A stretch of DNA of 63,938 bases, counting the filler, from an uncultured Methanosarcinales archaeon (GTDB taxonomy: Archaea > Nanobdellota > Nanobdellia > Woesearchaeales > CAYSVS01), in the NCBI GenBank assembly GCA_964434475.1. It is 3 parts of 3 records of this genome, joined end to end, with 100 filler letters (N's around TTAATTAATTAA, not from the genome) between each part and the next. Parts side by side here need not be neighbours in the genome. Positions count along the whole stretch, not along the records: positions 26,610 to 51,337 come from CAYSVS010000016.1; 2 more parts are not named here. One strand, 5' to 3'. This document shows positions 39,326 through 49,926 of this stretch, one piece after another; position 1 is the first letter of the stretch, and each line of letters opens with the position of its first letter. Position numbers and translations under genes: made by a program. The notes under the pieces are model-generated. The model was not told the origin of the DNA. It searched no databases and was given only the letters and a program-made list of their open reading frames with translations.

Positions 39326-39895
39326 ATGGCAAAAAAAACTAAGAAAACAACTAAATCTGAGAAAAAAGATATTGAAATTGTAAATATTGTTGTAAGCACT
39401 TCTTTAGAACACGATGTGCCTCTAGAAAAGATGGCTGCTACATTAAGCAACACAGAATATAATCCAGAACAATTTCCAGGGTTAGTAATAAGGATCAAAG
39501 AACCTAAAACAAGCGCCTTAATATTTAGTTCAGGAAAAGTTGTATGTACTGGAGCAAGATCCATGGATAAAGTTCATGAATCCATCAAAAAGATAATAAA
39601 AAGCCTAAAAAAGATTAACATAGACATAAAAATAGAACCTGAAATAAAAATACAAAATATGGTGGCTTCCGGAGAAGTAGGCATGGATCTCAATCTTAAT
39701 ACTTTGGCCATGAAACTGCCTAACACAGAATACGAACCTGAACAATTTCCGGGCTTAGTATATAAGCTTAATGAAGCAAAAGCTACATTCTTGTTGTTCA
39801 GCAACGGAAAAGTTGTGTGTACTGGAACCAAAAGTGTTGAAGAAGTGCATAAAGCTTTAGACATGTTGAAAAATAATCTTAAAAAAATAAAATAA
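39326..39895 (+). CDS. tbp: TATA-box binding protein
   Basis: Two repeats: EYNPEQFPG...LIFSSGKVVCTGA and EYEPEQFPG...LFSNGKVVCTG. Confidence 0.98.
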   Translation: MAKKTKKTTKSEKKDIEIVNIVVSTSLEHDVPLEKMAATLSNTEYNPEQFPGLVIRIKEPKTSALIFSSGKVVCTGARSMDKVHESIKKIIKSLKKINIDIKIEPEIKIQNMVASGEVGMDLNLNTLAMKLPNTEYEPEQFPGLVYKLNEAKATFLLFSNGKVVCTGTKSVEEVHKALDMLKNNLKKIK

Positions 39896-39921
39896 AACTT
39901 TATTTTTTTTAGATATTGAAA

Positions 39922-41943
39922 ATGGATGCTGCTGAACATATTAAGAAGTTTCAGGAATTTTTAGAGACAAATTATCACGCTGAGATGATGGAAAACATCA
40001 GGAAAGGCGATAATTTCTTTAAGATAGATTTCGGTAAACTTTCTAAATTCGACTTTGAACTAGCCAACGAACTTCTCGAAAATCCAGAAGATGTTATTAA
40101 AGCAGCAGAGATTGCAGTAGAGCAGTTCGACACTCCTAAAGAAATTACAAATTTCAAGATAAGGGTTAAAAATCTTCCAGATTCACAAAATATACTGATC
40201 AGAAACATCAGAAGTAAACATCTTGGCAAACTTTTTGCTATAGAAGGCGTAGTAAGGCAAAAATCTGACGTAAGACCCCAGGTTACAAGCGCAAAGTTTG
40301 AATGTCCTAGCTGCGGAAATGTAATAAATGTACTACAATTAGATCAAAAATTCAAAGAGCCTACAAAATGCGGATGCGGAAGAAAAGGAAAGTTTAGGCT
40401 ATTGAACAAAGAATTGATAGATGCGCAGGGCATAGTTCTGGAAGAGATAGCTGAGAAATTAGACGGAGGAGAGCAGCCAAAAAGGATGAATATTTTTCTT
40501 AAAGAAGATTTAGTCAGCCCAATATCAGATAAAAGAACCAACCCAGGAGCAAGAATAATCGTTAACGGAACTATCAAAGAAATTCCTGTAATAATGAGAT
40601 CTGGCGGACAAAGCACACGGTTCGATCTTTTGGTTGAAGCTAACGATGTAGAGCCTGTAGAAGAAGATTTTAGCGAAGTTTTGATAAGTAAAGAGGATGA
40701 GGAAAAAATTAAAGAGATAAGCAAAGATCCTGATCTTTTTGTCAAACTTATAGAATCATGCGCCCCTTCTATATATGGATATGACAAGATAAAAGAAGCT
40801 CTTCTTTATCAACTAGTAGGAGGAGTAAAAAAGATGAGAAATGACGGAGTAGGGACAAGAGGAGATATTCATATGCTCCTTATAGGAGATCCTGGTGCAG
40901 GAAAATCGCAATTATTGAAAAGAACAACAAAAATAGCTCCAAAATCAAGATTCGTATCAGGCAAGGGCGCTTCAGGAGCAGGATTAACTGCAGCCGTAGT
41001 AAAAGATGAATTTTTAGGAGGATGGAGTTTGGAAGCCGGTGCACTAGTGCTTGCAAACAAAGGATTATGCTGTATAGATGAATTAGACAAGATGTCTGTT
41101 GATGACAGAAGCGCTATGCATGAAGCTCTAGAAGGTCAAACCATAACAATAAGTAAAGCCAACATACAAGCGACCTTAAGGGCAGAGACAACAGTATTGG
41201 CGGCAGCAAATCCTAAATACGGAAGATTTGACCCTTATGACATATTATCTAAACAGATAGATCTTCCTCCTGCGTTGATATCTAGATTTGATCTGATATT
41301 TCCTATCAAAGACCTGCCCGAGGAAAAAAAAGATACAAATATGGCCATGTTTATTTTAGGATTACACCAAGACCCTAACATGGGTAATCCTGCAATAGAT
41401 ACAGAACAGATCAGAAAATATTTAGCATATGCAAGAAAAAACATTTCACCTGTTCTGACAGATGAGGCAGTGGAAGAGATAAAAAGGTTCTATGTCCAAA
41501 CCAGAAATGCATCAAGTCAAGAAGAAGCAGGAGCACGAAGCGTACCTATAACAACAAGACAGTTAGAGGCACTAGTAAGATTATCAGAAGCAGCTTCTAA
41601 GATAAGATTGGGCGAAAAGGTAACTTTAAAAGATGCGAAAAAAGCAATAGATCTTTTGAATTATTGTTTGGCGCAAGTAGGTATGGATCCCGAAACAGGA
41701 AAAATAGACATAGATAGGATCACAAGCGGAATAAGCTCATCTACAAGGAATAGGATAAGCACCATAAAAGAGATTATTGCTGAATTGGAGAACAAATTCG
41801 GTAAAACCATACCTATAGAAGAAGTTATCAAAGAAGCAAAAAATAACAAGATGGAAGAAAGTGATGTTGAAGAAATAATTGACAAGCTTAAAAGAGGTGG
41901 TGATATTTTTGAACCAAGGAGAGGATTAATACAAAGGTTGTGA
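39922..41943 (+). CDS. mcm: Replicative helicase MCM (no intein)
   Basis: Zn finger, GDPGAGKS, IDELDK, SRFD. Confidence 0.98.
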   Translation: MDAAEHIKKFQEFLETNYHAEMMENIRKGDNFFKIDFGKLSKFDFELANELLENPEDVIKAAEIAVEQFDTPKEITNFKIRVKNLPDSQNILIRNIRSKHLGKLFAIEGVVRQKSDVRPQVTSAKFECPSCGNVINVLQLDQKFKEPTKCGCGRKGKFRLLNKELIDAQGIVLEEIAEKLDGGEQPKRMNIFLKEDLVSPISDKRTNPGARIIVNGTIKEIPVIMRSGGQSTRFDLLVEANDVEPVEEDFSEVLISKEDEEKIKEISKDPDLFVKLIESCAPSIYGYDKIKEALLYQLVGGVKKMRNDGVGTRGDIHMLLIGDPGAGKSQLLKRTTKIAPKSRFVSGKGASGAGLTAAVVKDEFLGGWSLEAGALVLANKGLCCIDELDKMSVDDRSAMHEALEGQTITISKANIQATLRAETTVLAAANPKYGRFDPYDILSKQIDLPPALISRFDLIFPIKDLPEEKKDTNMAMFILGLHQDPNMGNPAIDTEQIRKYLAYARKNISPVLTDEAVEEIKRFYVQTRNASSQEEAGARSVPITTRQLEALVRLSEAASKIRLGEKVTLKDAKKAIDLLNYCLAQVGMDPETGKIDIDRITSGISSSTRNRISTIKEIIAELENKFGKTIPIEEVIKEAKNNKMEESDVEEIIDKLKRGGDIFEPRRGLIQRL

Positions 41944-42581
41944 AAATGGAAAAAAAACAAGAAAACAAAAATATTAAAAGACAGGTCGCCAAAAAAACAA
42001 AGATAAAAGATATCACTTTGGGCCAATATATAAAAGAAGAAGGGTGGAATCCTAATTTTATACTTACAAACAACAACAATAAAATATCAAGGGTCAATAT
42101 AATAGGGATAATCGTAAATAAATCCGAACAAGACAACAACACCATAACACTAGACGACAGCGAAGCATCAATTAATATAAGAAGTTTTGACAACGCAAAA
42201 GCATTTGATGAACTCCAGGTGGGTGACGTTGTACAGATTATAGGAAGACCCAGAGAATTTAATTCTGAAAAATACCTTATATCTGAAATAATAAAAAAGA
42301 TAGATAAAAAATGGTTAGAAGTAAGAAGATTAGAACTTGAAATGAATAAAGATGATGAAACAGAAGAACCTATAAAAGACGAAGAGGTAATTGTTGATGA
42401 AGTGATGATCAGCGATGATTTTGAAAAAGCCCTTGAAAAGATAAGAAAAGAGGATAAAGGCGAAGGAGTTTCAACAGCCGATATTATTTCAAACGGAATA
42501 CCCGAAGAAACCATCAATAAACTTCTCGAGAACGGAGAGATATTCGAAATAAGCCCGGGTAAATTAAAGATTCTTGAATAA
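41940..42581 (+). CDS. OB-fold plus winged-helix protein (RPA2/RPA32-like)
   Basis: SRVNIIG, LDDSEASI, IIGRPREF; C-terminal wH (GEIFEISPG). Confidence 0.8.
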   Translation: MKMEKKQENKNIKRQVAKKTKIKDITLGQYIKEEGWNPNFILTNNNNKISRVNIIGIIVNKSEQDNNTITLDDSEASINIRSFDNAKAFDELQVGDVVQIIGRPREFNSEKYLISEIIKKIDKKWLEVRRLELEMNKDDETEEPIKDEEVIVDEVMISDDFEKALEKIRKEDKGEGVSTADIISNGIPEETINKLLENGEIFEISPGKLKILE

Positions 42582-42695
42582 AATAATTTAAATAATTTTT
42601 TGTTTAACTCAATAAAAATTCCTAAATCTAAATACACACCATAGCAAGCTACAAAGTATACGCTAGATTTTTTGCTATGCAATCTGAATTATTAA

Positions 42696-42750
42696 GATTA
42701 CAAACTAAAATAGTTGCAAAACAAAGGAGTATAAAACACAGCTTGTAATC
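42696..42750 (-). repeat. Dispersed three-way-junction repeat family R2 copy 2
   Basis: GATTACAAACT...AGCTTGTAATC stem; aligns with 23614-23670. Confidence 0.75.
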
Positions 42751-42752
42751 AT

Positions 42753-43604
42753 TTAAAATAACAAAGGAGTAAGATATACTTCTATAAAAGAACTAAGTAA
42801 AAGTAAGAATAATGCCAAGATTATCAATTCAGAAGTATCCATGATGATGTTCTCAAATTTCTTGGATGCAAAATCGTGTCTTATCACTGCAAAAGATATT
42901 ATACCTCCTGCCAATCCTCCTATCAGATATGCTAAAATCTCAGGTATACCGTGGATAAAATATCTTAATAGGCTAAATGAAACAGCATAAAAATAGTTGC
43001 CTAAACTAACCATTCCTGTTTGGGACATTACTATGCTTATCTTTGTTCTTATGAAATTACCTACAGCAGTTCCTATGACTGATGCGTTCCATGTAAGAAT
43101 AAATATTGCACCTGCTCCATAAGCAAAAGAGAAAAGTATGCAAAAAGAAAGCACCCTAAGATTATTAAACAGAATATTGGTAAAAGTTTCAAAAGGATTT
43201 ACATAGTTCGCAGAAAGCTGCGCATTAACATTTGATATTGTTTGGATCTGAGAATAATATATGTTCTGGGTCATATTATTAGGAAGTATGATAAAAAAAA
43301 GAGCATATGCTAAAACCATCCCTAAAAAAAGAAACATAAAACAAGCCAATGCTTTAGAATGTTCTTTCAGAAGAGTCATCTCATCCGTGATAACAGTGTC
43401 TTTTCTTTCTTCAAATCGCATGGTTTTGATCATAAATGGCAAACACGCCATAACTGTAAAAAAAACCATTACCAAACTAGTGTATGTCTTAAAGACCCAC
43501 ATAGCCAGGAATATCGCAACAACAGTAAACAAGAATCCAAGAAATAACATGTCCCATGGTTTTTTCTCTGCTTTAAAAGGAGTTATTAAAGATTCCAATA
43601 CCAT
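42753..43604 (-). CDS. SpoIIM (stage II sporulation M)-family membrane protein
   Basis: ILFNNL, LTWNASVIG, HGIPEI, FIEVYLTP. Confidence 0.85.
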   Translation of the reverse strand: MVLESLITPFKAEKKPWDMLFLGFLFTVVAIFLAMWVFKTYTSLVMVFFTVMACLPFMIKTMRFEERKDTVITDEMTLLKEHSKALACFMFLFLGMVLAYALFFIILPNNMTQNIYYSQIQTISNVNAQLSANYVNPFETFTNILFNNLRVLSFCILFSFAYGAGAIFILTWNASVIGTAVGNFIRTKISIVMSQTGMVSLGNYFYAVSFSLLRYFIHGIPEILAYLIGGLAGGIISFAVIRHDFASKKFENIIMDTSELIILALFLLLLSSFIEVYLTPLLF

Positions 43605-43711
43605 ATCTAAATAAATAGGGGTTAATTCATTTATAAAGGTTTGTATTGAATTTTATTATATTTGCATATATTTTGATAAATTTTATAAACAAAGATATTT
43701 AACTTAAAATT

Positions 43712-44119
43712 ATGGACTACAAAAAGATGCTTAAAAAAGGCAGAGATAAATTACCTGAATCTGTTTTTGAATCTGCAAGATTTGAAATTCCCAAAGTAAG
43801 AGGGCACATCCAGGGTAATTGGACAATCATAAGTAATTTTAATCAAATAGCTCAAACACTCAGAAGACCTGTTGGACACCTTTTGAAATTCGTTCTTAAA
43901 GAATTGGCAACACCAGGAGAACTAAAAAAAACAGGGCTGATATTGGGTGCGAAGATACCTGCTGCAAGGATAAATGAAAAGATAAAAAAATATGCTCAAC
44001 AATTTGTACTTTGTCCTGACTGCGGAAAACCTGATACTAAAATAATCAAAGAAAGTGGTTTTTCTTTCTTAAAATGTCTTGCATGCGGAGCAAAACACCC
44101 TGTTAAGAGCAAGATTTGA
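43712..44119 (+). CDS. eif2b: Translation initiation factor aIF-2 beta
   Basis: RFEIP, KELATPG, CPDCGKPDT...CLACGA. Confidence 0.95.
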   Translation: MDYKKMLKKGRDKLPESVFESARFEIPKVRGHIQGNWTIISNFNQIAQTLRRPVGHLLKFVLKELATPGELKKTGLILGAKIPAARINEKIKKYAQQFVLCPDCGKPDTKIIKESGFSFLKCLACGAKHPVKSKI

Positions 44120-44126
44120 ATATAAG

Positions 44127-44426
44127 ATGATAGCTAAGATTCATAAGAGCAGAGAAGGTCAGACTTTTTTGGCATTGTGCGACAAGGATATTCTTGGAAA
44201 AAAATTTGAAGAAGGCAAAAAACAATTAGATTTGACCTCTAAATTCTATGAAGGCGAAGAAAAAAAAGAAAAAGAAATTAAAGATATGATCAAACATGTC
44301 TATATAATCAACGCTGCAGGTAAACAAACTATAGAATTCTTGAAAAAACACGATCTTGTACAAGAAGGGCATATAATAACAATAGATGGAATTCCGCATG
44401 CACAAGTATGCGTTATCAGAGAATAA
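44127..44426 (+). CDS. DUF424 family protein
   Basis: ALCDKDILGKKFEEG, FYEGE, NAAG, IDGIPHAQ. Confidence 0.85.
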   Translation: MIAKIHKSREGQTFLALCDKDILGKKFEEGKKQLDLTSKFYEGEEKKEKEIKDMIKHVYIINAAGKQTIEFLKKHDLVQEGHIITIDGIPHAQVCVIRE

Positions 44427-44827
44427 ATATTAATCTACATCATTACAGAATCAGGTATTGTGTTTTTTATAACAAAAATTTGTCTTTTGATTGTTCATCC
44501 TGTTGAACAAAGCCCAACATACCACAGATATATGATTTGTCAGCATATCCTGAACCTATAAAAGTGTTACAAAATCACCATTAAGACAAATTTAAGAAAG
44601 GTTAAAAAATAGCAGATTTTAGACATACAAAAATTGCAAAGCAACTTTTAGAATTAAAATTCTCGAACTGAAATGCAGGATATTTGAATCCCAGAGAAAA
44701 TCCCGTGTGTGAGATTTTCAATAAAAAAATAAATAGGTTATAACAATACAAATTATGATAAAAAAATTTAATACTGCAGTACAAAAATAAAATTGTGATT
44801 CAGAAATATTTTTTTATTAAACAAATT

Positions 44828-47800
44828 CTATCCAAACCACTTCCCCAATCCTTCTTGTTTCTCTTTTTCTTTTCCAAAAACACCATCAACCCTTCTTTGA
44901 AGTAATTCCAATGTTTGTTTTACATAAACAGGAACATTATAATTATTCGCTAAAGATATACTAGGCTGCAAGTATTTGATTACACTTCCTTGAGATATGG
45001 TGAATAATATTTTGCCTCCGCAAAAAGTACATTTTCCTACTAAAGGCGGTCTCCTGAATTTCTGATTGCATTTTACACATCTGAATTCCTGCATAGAAAA
45101 TTTTCTTAGATTACCTTTAATATCTTTTAGAAAGTGTTTGTCTATCACAAGCCTAGCTACATCGCTTGTTTCGACACTTCTCAACCTTTCTGCAATTTCC
45201 ATCTGGCCTTTCAGTTTTTCTTCCATAGAAGGCAAAGTTTTGTAAGCTGAACAAAGCACACCTGCATTAAAATCAGAAGAATCGTGCGTAAAACCCATGC
45301 CTTCATATTGATCAGTAGTGTTTAACACATTCTTTATCAACTTTATATCTATTTCCCAAGGCATCTTGTATTGCAGAGCAGCTTCATACAACTCTAAAGG
45401 ATATTTCCACACTATATCCATATCAAAAGCCATATCATCCACTTCACCAGGAGTCAATATAGATGTAAGAACAAGAGGTGCATCCATAGTAGATCCTCTA
45501 TGCGTAGGAAGATAAGATCTAGAAAAATTAAGGAAAGCATCCATAAGAAGCATAAAACCTATCTCGTCCCCGTCTGTATCTCTTCTTTCTGCTGCATGAA
45601 AATAAGGATGAGCCAAAAAACCCTGTGATTGTGAAAACCCTATTATTCTTCCTACCATTCCTGCACTTGTATGAGGAGCTAATCCTATTATATAATGGCC
45701 TACAAGATCTGACTTTGACCTGATATCATAGTAAGGTTTCAAACCATATATCTTTACTAAACAATCATCTATAAATTTGGTTGTCCTAAGCAAAACATCA
45801 TCACTAGGTTCATCAGGAGATATTTGACACGCAGGCAGTATTACATCTTGGGGTTTTATCTCGAGCACCTGGTCATTGTTTATCAAATCTTTATTATGAA
45901 TATCTTTTTGATAACCTAAATTCCTTAACTTTTCCACACTCACCCCTACTTCTTTTGGTTTAAAGTGAGTGCATGTAAGTTCTGAAGCATCATACCTTAC
46001 TGTTCCATCTTTGTTTACGTGTACGCCGTGGCTTGCTCTAATTATACCTTTCATAAGATTTTCAGGGATATGGTCCTTATTAGATGTACCTCTAACACCT
46101 TTTATCAAGTCAGGATATACCTTTAACTTTAATTTTTGAAGACACTTGTTGAAATAATACGCTATATCTATCTCTTGTTTTTTATATGGTCTTGTTTCTC
46201 CATGATCTCTGCATAACTCTGTTTCTATAGCTCCGCAAACATTGCAAAAATACAGTTTTTGCGTTTCACTGCCGCATATTTCACATTTCTGAAAAATTGT
46301 CTCTTTATTGCATTTTTTGCACCTGTATATAGGCAATTCTGCAGTTATCTTACCTGTTTCTAATGCTGATTGAAAACTTCTTAATCTTCCTCCTTCTTCA
46401 CCTACTGGAAAAAGTACATGTGGCGAGCCAGTCATCTTTCTCATCTTTGCTTTTTCAGGTCTGCCCATTCTCGCACCTATATAAGTCCCAGATTTGTCCC
46501 TTATCTTTACTTCTGAAATAGAATTTATCATACCTAAAGTACATTCTGCATCTTTTATTTTTGATATATCCTGATGTTTTGAATAGCATCCTATGGTTGC
46601 TGCCAAAGCTCTCGCATGCTGCTTTTCTATAACTACAAACTCTTTATTTACAGTTATGTGAGGTAAGCCGATAAGTTCAACAACTCTTTTGGGTTCTTCT
46701 TTGTAAGGTAGTATGATCTTCAATATCTCATCTCCTTCTTTTTTTATATTTGCTTTCTTGAACCAATTTAAAAATACAAGCAATTGTTCTTTAGAAATAT
46801 CTTTCCAATGGTATGTGTAATAAGGGTGAAGAGGTATGTTAATTTTTTTTGACAAATTTATAGCGTGCTTTATCTCAGGTTTATATCTCATGGGTTCTTT
46901 TATTATCTTGTTCAGGATGCTTGAATCTATTTTGGTCAGATCTTCTAGCTTATCTACGTCAAGATTTCCAAACATATCTACGGTTGCTTTCTCAAGCTCC
47001 TGTGCCCACCATTCTTCGCAATATCCTGCAGGTATCAAAACATGCGCTCTGTTAAAAAAATCTCCGTAATTCACTAATTCATCACCTAAAAAAAGCACTT
47101 CCTTTACTCTGTCTTTATACTGCTTTGCCAATGCTTCTGTTTCTAACCTTATTACAGAACCGTCATCTATCTTGACTATAGGTCCATCTATAGTATCACA
47201 AGGCGTAAAAGCCGCACCTTTACCAGGTCTTTCAACTTTCAACTGTGTACCTGTAGCTATATAATTACTCATCACATGCATAGAACTAGGATGTATGCTT
47301 TGACCGCTGTAACCAGAAGTTCTGCTTCTTCCATACCTTAATCTGAATCCTCCTTTTGCCAAAGGGTGCGCCAACACAGGTCTTCCTGCAACAAGGTCTT
47401 TAATATATGTATAATCTGGCGTTATTTTCGCTTTTTCGTCATTTTGTTTTTCTTTGCCGCCTCCTTTAGAATGCGCTTTTTTTTTTATTTCAAGAAATTC
47501 CTGGAGAAAACCCCAATGATCCATACCCATATCTTTGCCCCATTTTGAGAGCTGTTTCCATAATTTTGCAGCTTTCAAAGGTATACAGCTTGAATGAATC
47601 AGACAAAAACCCCCTCTTAATTTATTTGTATCTACTCTTGGCAGATCCTTATGGTTTGAAACATCATATTTTTCAGTTGGATCTCCGCTTATCTCTACAG
47701 GAAGATTTTTTGTCAAAAACTCGCTTTCCTCTTGACTAGGAAAATATTGAAGATTGGTTACACGCTCATGATAATCAGTTATCTCTGCAAAAGTTCTCTT

Positions 47801-48373
47801 TACCTCTTCCTCTGAAGGATCATAAGTAGAATATCCCATATTTTTTCTTACATAATCTGCAATTATTACGCTCCATGATGCTGCTGTGCCTCCGGCATTT
47901 CTTATAGGTCCTGAAAAATTCATACAAAAATATTCGCCTTTATTGTCTCTTCTATTCTTTATATCTAAACTTACAAAACCTTCCAAAGGGCTGCTTACCA
48001 CTCCAACTGTCCCATATGCAAATCCTGCTCTTATGCCAATTTCCATAGCTTGTTTCTTATCATCAAACTTGCAAAACTTTTGATGAGCAATCTCTAAAGC
48101 TATAGTCAAGGCAACTCTCCAGTCCAGCACTCCATATTTATCTTCTAACTGCATTATTCTTTCTACTGCTCCAGAATCTTTAATTTGGGGTGCCACAACA
48201 GATATTAGCCCTATTACTCTTTCTGCCATATTTTTTGCAAGGGTTATCTCTACTTCTTTGCTAGGATCAAAACCTTTTTTTCTTGCTTGTTTCGCTATAG
48301 CATAACAATTTTGAGTATCTTGTTCTATATCTTCAAAATACTTTTTCATGTTCTCAGATGCAACAACCATCAT
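44828..48373 (-). CDS. polC: DNA polymerase D large subunit DP2 (no intein)
   Basis: GPIRNAGGT, GFRLRYGRSR, GARMGRPEK, GLAPHTSAG, RRDTDGDE, C-terminal Zn finger. Confidence 0.97.
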   Translation of the reverse strand: MMVVASENMKKYFEDIEQDTQNCYAIAKQARKKGFDPSKEVEITLAKNMAERVIGLISVVAPQIKDSGAVERIMQLEDKYGVLDWRVALTIALEIAHQKFCKFDDKKQAMEIGIRAGFAYGTVGVVSSPLEGFVSLDIKNRRDNKGEYFCMNFSGPIRNAGGTAASWSVIIADYVRKNMGYSTYDPSEEEVKRTFAEITDYHERVTNLQYFPSQEESEFLTKNLPVEISGDPTEKYDVSNHKDLPRVDTNKLRGGFCLIHSSCIPLKAAKLWKQLSKWGKDMGMDHWGFLQEFLEIKKKAHSKGGGKEKQNDEKAKITPDYTYIKDLVAGRPVLAHPLAKGGFRLRYGRSRTSGYSGQSIHPSSMHVMSNYIATGTQLKVERPGKGAAFTPCDTIDGPIVKIDDGSVIRLETEALAKQYKDRVKEVLFLGDELVNYGDFFNRAHVLIPAGYCEEWWAQELEKATVDMFGNLDVDKLEDLTKIDSSILNKIIKEPMRYKPEIKHAINLSKKINIPLHPYYTYHWKDISKEQLLVFLNWFKKANIKKEGDEILKIILPYKEEPKRVVELIGLPHITVNKEFVVIEKQHARALAATIGCYSKHQDISKIKDAECTLGMINSISEVKIRDKSGTYIGARMGRPEKAKMRKMTGSPHVLFPVGEEGGRLRSFQSALETGKITAELPIYRCKKCNKETIFQKCEICGSETQKLYFCNVCGAIETELCRDHGETRPYKKQEIDIAYYFNKCLQKLKLKVYPDLIKGVRGTSNKDHIPENLMKGIIRASHGVHVNKDGTVRYDASELTCTHFKPKEVGVSVEKLRNLGYQKDIHNKDLINNDQVLEIKPQDVILPACQISPDEPSDDVLLRTTKFIDDCLVKIYGLKPYYDIRSKSDLVGHYIIGLAPHTSAGMVGRIIGFSQSQGFLAHPYFHAAERRDTDGDEIGFMLLMDAFLNFSRSYLPTHRGSTMDAPLVLTSILTPGEVDDMAFDMDIVWKYPLELYEAALQYKMPWEIDIKLIKNVLNTTDQYEGMGFTHDSSDFNAGVLCSAYKTLPSMEEKLKGQMEIAERLRSVETSDVARLVIDKHFLKDIKGNLRKFSMQEFRCVKCNQKFRRPPLVGKCTFCGGKILFTISQGSVIKYLQPSISLANNYNVPVYVKQTLELLQRRVDGVFGKEKEKQEGLGKWFG

Positions 48374-49926
48374 TGAAACCTCAAAATTTTCACTTGTCTT
48401 GTTTGAAGATTTACTAAAGGAATCTTACACGGACCAGGGTTATGTCCTACTTTTTCCTGAAAACTTGTTTTAGCCTGCCAGCAGCCGCAAGATATTGTGT
48501 TAACTCCTCTGTAAAAAGATACAACAGGAGTATTGTGTATGTGTCCAGTTGCAAAAAAATCAGGAACTTTTTTGATGACTAAAGGATCCCCTGTATTGTC
48601 AGGTATATATAATGTAGAAGTGTGAGAAGGAGCAAGGTGTCTTCTTTTTAGTAAAAATTTCATTATAAGATCTGCCCTATCATATCCTCCTTGGCTTCTT
48701 ATACTGTCCACATTAGCTACATAGTAATCAAAAGAATAACCATGATATAATAATACATCAAAACCAGGAAAATCATCACTAGAATGAAAATTAACTATAG
48801 AAGGATTACTGACTATAGAAGTATTGGGTAATTCTAGCACAGGATTAGAAAAATCTTCATAAAGTTTAGGCTGAGGTTCAGCTATCCTCATAGCATCGTG
48901 ATTTCCAGGACATATTATTATTTTTATGTGTTCAGGTATCTTGGATAATAATCTAGCACATTCTTTGTATTGTTCATAGATATCTGTTATTGTCAATTCT
49001 TTATCTTGGCCAGGATATATTCCTACACCATCTACAAGATCACCCAGTATAAAAATATACTTCACTTTTTTTGCAGTGTTTTTTTGTTTTTGACTTCCTG
49101 TTTCACAGTTTATCCATTTCAAAAACTTATTGAATTCATCAGGCAAGAAATATGTGCTTCCTACATGCATATCTGACATGAATATAGCATATAATTCTTC
49201 TTTTGCTTTCTTGACTTCTTTATGTGCAGGAATATCAGGCCATAAAATATTATTCGCAAATATTATCTTATCTCCGTTAAAACCAGTTACACCTATTATT
49301 TCATCCAAAACAACATCTTTTGCTTCATTAAACATCTCGGGTTTGTCTTTGCTTATCAAAACTTTAATAAAACCAGTCTTATCCTCTAAAGTTAGCATAA
49401 TATGACCATTTTTAGAATATCTTTTTTCCAAAACAATACCTATTATAGATACAGATTCCCTATCTGTCCTTCCCAACACTCTTGATATTGAAACCACTCC
49501 TGTCAATTCCTGTCTTTTTTTAAGTATTTGTTCTATTGCAGAATATCTTTTATTAAAATATTTAACAAAATCAGATACTTGTTTTTTCTTGGTATTATTA
49601 TCTTCATAAGAATAAAGAATTTTTACAGATTCATCATTTATTTCAACCACTTTATCAAATTTTGAATCATCTATATCTTTAATGAAGCTTTCCAATATCT
49701 TTTTATTTCTCTTTTTCTCAAAAAGAACTTTTGCTTTATCAAACTCTATCCAATTATATCCTGTTATATTCTTTATTTTTATTGAATCCTTGTTCAGTAT
49801 TAGACATTTTGAATCCTTGAAATGTTCAGGAGCATCTACACAATCATCTAAAGCATCTTTTGATACCAAAAAACCCTTGTCTATGCATCTTGATACAAAC
49901 TCCTTTTTTTTCTCAACATCTAACAT
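48370..49926 (-). CDS. polB: DNA polymerase D small subunit DP1
   Basis: OB fold plus phosphoesterase motifs SDMHVGS, GDLVDG, PGNHD, YHG, GHIH. Confidence 0.96.
   Translation of the reverse strand: MLDVEKKKEFVSRCIDKGFLVSKDALDDCVDAPEHFKDSKCLILNKDSIKIKNITGYNWIEFDKAKVLFEKKRNKKILESFIKDIDDSKFDKVVEINDESVKILYSYEDNNTKKKQVSDFVKYFNKRYSAIEQILKKRQELTGVVSISRVLGRTDRESVSIIGIVLEKRYSKNGHIMLTLEDKTGFIKVLISKDKPEMFNEAKDVVLDEIIGVTGFNGDKIIFANNILWPDIPAHKEVKKAKEELYAIFMSDMHVGSTYFLPDEFNKFLKWINCETGSQKQKNTAKKVKYIFILGDLVDGVGIYPGQDKELTITDIYEQYKECARLLSKIPEHIKIIICPGNHDAMRIAEPQPKLYEDFSNPVLELPNTSIVSNPSIVNFHSSDDFPGFDVLLYHGYSFDYYVANVDSIRSQGGYDRADLIMKFLLKRRHLAPSHTSTLYIPDNTGDPLVIKKVPDFFATGHIHNTPVVSFYRGVNTISCGCWQAKTSFQEKVGHNPGPCKIPLVNLQTRQVKILRFQ

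Noticed and set aside
39922..48373. Inteins in MCM or PolC
   Set aside because: Normal lengths and uninterrupted motifs.
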